A stretch of 64,000 nt of DNA from Veleropilina oligotropha (taxonomy: Eukaryota): positions 434,001 through 498,000 of the forward strand of contig JBEUKZ010000096.1 in assembly GCA_048128005.1 (NCBI GenBank), in the 5' to 3' direction. Positions 60,601 through 64,000 of this stretch are shown piece by piece (the stretch's first letter is position 1; each line of letters begins with the position of its first letter). The notes under the pieces are model-generated. The model worked only from the letters and a program-made list of their open reading frames with translations. It ran no database searches and was not told the DNA's origin. The position numbers were made by a program, and so were the translations under genes.

Positions 60601-61200
60601 TTTTTGGCCCGCCTAACAGGCAGGGCTATGATCGTAGACGGGCATCCGCTGATCACTTTCTGTCACATAGAAAACGAACCGCTGGACCTCTGCTTTTCAT
60701 ATTTGGTATACACCTTGTAGACCACCAGGCCTTGCCTAAGTTCAAATATGGGGACACTGGGTTAAAGGTCAAGGTCATTTTCATGTATAAATTTACAGAT
60801 GAACCGCTGGTCCTATGGTTTTCATATTTGGTATTCTTCTTGTAGACCACCAGGCCTTGCCTAAGTTCAAAAATGGGCTCACTGGGTCAAGGTCATTTTC
60901 GTGTATTTCCGTTTTTGATTTGGAAGATTGCTTTCTGTCACATAGAGGACAAACCGCTAGACCTACACCTTTTTTATTTGATATGCACCTTGTCTACCAT
61001 CAGCCTCAGGCCTTGCACAAGTTCAAAGATGGGGTCACTAGGTTAAAGGTCGAGGTCATATGAAGAACTATTGTAAAATATATATTTTCTGACAGTTACT
61101 ATGAAATTTATCATAGAGTTATTGATTATTTAATCTCTATGAATGTATTATATATATACAAAAGGCGGGCAAGTCTGAGGAGCATACCTCTCGCCTTTAG
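60600..61200. mobile_element. HINE-like element with short tandem core repeats
   Basis: GCCCGCCT..AGGCGGGC subterminal inverted repeat; repeated TTCATATTTGGTAT..GACCACCAGGCCTTGCC units. Confidence 0.55.
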
Positions 61201-61336
61201 TGGTGCGACACCCACTGAGTCTTGGCGTTGCAATTTTAAGTACCTCCAGTAAGGTTTGCTGTTGTTGGACTCGAAGCTCTTTTGGATCACATTATTGATA
61301 TAGTCCGTTTCTGCACGTTTAAATGCCTTTTTACAG

Positions 61337-64000
61337 TATCTATATCAAATATACTTACGTCCTTACTAATGCCATAATAAGCCTATTATCGCTAAATCCG
61401 GACAAGGTGGAAATGGTAATTTCCGCACTTTTAGTAAATTTAACCCAGTTGACCCACTGACCTGCTTGACCCCCTCAAGTTCATGCCTATAAAGAGCTCG
61501 CCAACTCCCGCGAGATCCCCGTGACCACAAGGTCATGACCTCATCCGAAGTTTTCCGCCATCTTGTGACAAGTCGCGTTTTTCTTTGCTCCCATCATCTG
61601 ATGTGATTTCGATCTATTTAGAGCCAGATTTTTATAATCATTAAGCTCATAAGATCGAATATAGTGTGTTAAACACGTGTAGTGGGAAATTTGAGAGTTT
61701 TCCTCCTGAATAAGCCCTTCTTGGAAGTTTTTCCTGTCGACTACAGACAAAAAACGAAATCAACATCCTCCATTGACGACGCCATCTTGAAATTCTGAAA
61801 GAAAATAAAGAGGACGCTCAGAGGGATATTTAAAGAAGGAAGCTCCTTAGCAATTACTAAGGAGTCAGGAGAGAGTTGTATTATTGATATTGCTTGAATT
61901 TGTATTGTATTTCATTTATATATGTGATAATTTCCTCAACGACGTTTTCTTGCTATAAATTTATGTAATCAAATTTATCGTCGTTGAACAGCAGATTGTT
62001 TAGCATTTAACTTGCGTTATTTTGGTAAATCTGCTAGGTCGGGGATAACACGCCGAATTCTAACAAATTGAATATATACATCCAAGAGGTTTTTAGGTGT
62101 GAAGGGCGGTTTCTTGTTAAAGAAAGACCTCCCGTTTCTCAATTCGTTGGCCGACTTGTGTTAAAAAGTTTATCAAAGTCGGTGTTTTGGGCATATAATC
62201 CGCCGGAGGTATTAAGCGTATTTCAGCCTTTTCTAACTCTCGGATCAGGTACAATCGAGGTTGTAGTAGTATTTTGGTAAACTACCCGTAGAAATACCCT
62301 TATCACTTCATACCCCTATCTCCTACCTACCCGTGTACGTAGCTATGGTACATTGCAGTGTTTCCGGGTGCTGACAGAAAATCCGTGGTTTTGACAGGCA
62401 CTCCGAATGCATTATTCACCGTGCTTGTTTTCTTAATAAAACGCATCCGTGTGAGCATTGTTTAGCATTGACGAATCGGCAGTGGGAGATTCTTTTCCCA
62501 ATGGTGAAGACGACCAGGGCATCTTCTCCCGATGGGACAGCCACCGAGAAGCTTAAAAGATTAGAGACAGGCTTTGATTCTATTCTTTCTGTTTCAGATA
62601 CTCTCGGTGATAGCCGTGTTGGGACAGCGGCTATCGCGGGATCCGCGGTCGGAACCTCTGAGACTTTGGGGAAAGTCCCAGTAACTTCGTCGGGATCCAT
62701 GGTTCAGGTACAGGCCCGAGTGCCGTCCGACTCCTCTCCTTTGGGCCTAGTAACCGCTGCTCAGAGTGTCTTGCCGACCAGTAAGACACGTCGAGCGCTG
62801 CGGCGAAAAGCTGTACAGGGCAGACAAAACCTTTCCTCTCCTCCAGCCTCGGAGGAGCAAGGCAGCGTTAGTCCTTCTGCGAGTTTAGTAGCTTACGAAC
62901 CCATCCTCTCGTCCGACAACGGCGCTAGTTTAAAGACTAATCCCGCCACCGTCGGAGCCCACGAGACCGATGGAAGGCCCATTACCTCCGGCAGTTCTTT
63001 TCAAGACGTCCTAGGTGGTGTGGTAGGATCGGCTGCGCTCGGGGCTGAAGTGTACGGCGGGTATTCCCACGTGCTTCACTCGAGCAGGGTTACAGACCCG
63101 TATGGACTGTGGTCGCAGTCCTACGGGTCGTTCGCACCAGTTATCGAGCCTTCGGGCCGATTCCCTGGTAGCGGTTTCCCGACAGGTACCCCGAGACCCT
63201 GGTTCTCGGCTCCACCTGTCCGTGCAGCCCGTCCACCATGCGCTACGGTAACCTCGAGCGGACCAATGGCTGTTGGTCCGACGTCCGTCATGCCTCCGGG
63301 TTTCTCATTCGAGAACGTCCAGGCTATGATTGCGACGGAAGTCGAGTCGCGTTGTAGGTCCTGGCAACCGGCTACCCAGCCGCCCCAGGTCCCAGCGTCT
63401 CTGACCGTAACGCCGGGCTCGGCTCATGTTTCGGTGATGGAAGTAGATTCTCGTTCCGACGAGGACGCCACTCCTACTCCTCACTCTGACCTCCCTGAAT
63501 CGGTCGGACCAGACGACTCTTGTAGTCTTTCTGGCACACATGAAGCCGTCTCCGCCACCCGCCGAAGGTACGACGCTGTCGCGTCGCTTCGCGGGGTGCT
63601 TGACTTGCTCGACCCGGCCCTGCCGGTAAGCGGAGTCACGCACAGGACAGCGGCACGTCGGTTTGTTGGGACGGAAGCCCCCCTGCTTCCTACCCTTCCC
63701 CAGTCTGGGTTGGTCTCGCTCGTCCTCGACTCGACGACCAAATCCATTCAGGGGTCCAAATCGGTGGAGACTTCCACTTTAACGGAGTACCCTAGTGGTC
63801 TCCGTAAGGGAAGGTACCTCCGGCCCAGTAGGCGTCCGATTCCGATCGGGTGCTCTGGGACGTGTCTGGCGACTGAGCCGGTTCAGATCGACGCAGCGAT
63901 GCGTCGCCTGTCGGCCAGTACAGCTCCCTCGGTAGTCAAAGTCCCATGGGCCGCCATGGAGGGCTTTGAGAGCTCCGCCCGTCGAGCCCTACGGCATTCC
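61337..64000 (+). mobile_element. Left part of a second-subfamily DIRS element that continues beyond the window
   Basis: ATACTTACGTCCTTACT..GCCATAATA terminus as at about 3928; 62700-64000 aligns to the gag-like region 5245-6620, with stops. Confidence 0.85.

Overview
A repeat-dense stretch of an invertebrate animal genome (lophotrochozoan-like repeat families; the taxon cannot be fixed from sequence alone). It holds two host genes: the last coding exon of a SAC1/SACM1L phosphoinositide phosphatase (+, 283-413) and a complete 7-exon TMEM231 (-, 18009-32173, about 310 aa) whose last intron is U12-type. Mobile DNA includes three DIRS-type tyrosine-recombinase retrotransposons (one complete with ITRs and ICR), an intact piggyBac, a near-intact CR1-type LINE ORF2, and many SINEs, MITEs and Helentron-like elements. 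The main find is a complete 15.3-kb endogenous Polinton-like virus (43914-59201) with modular TIRs and a 5-bp TSD. It encodes a probable major and minor capsid protein, a packaging ATPase, a retroviral-type integrase, many membrane proteins and a secreted cysteine-rich protein with cystine-knot/IL-17-like spacing. I found no maturation protease. Its replication gene fuses a divergent family-B polymerase, an SF1 helicase and an HNH-like domain. This copy is inactivated by stops and frameshifts. All assignments come from reading motifs by eye; no database searches were run.
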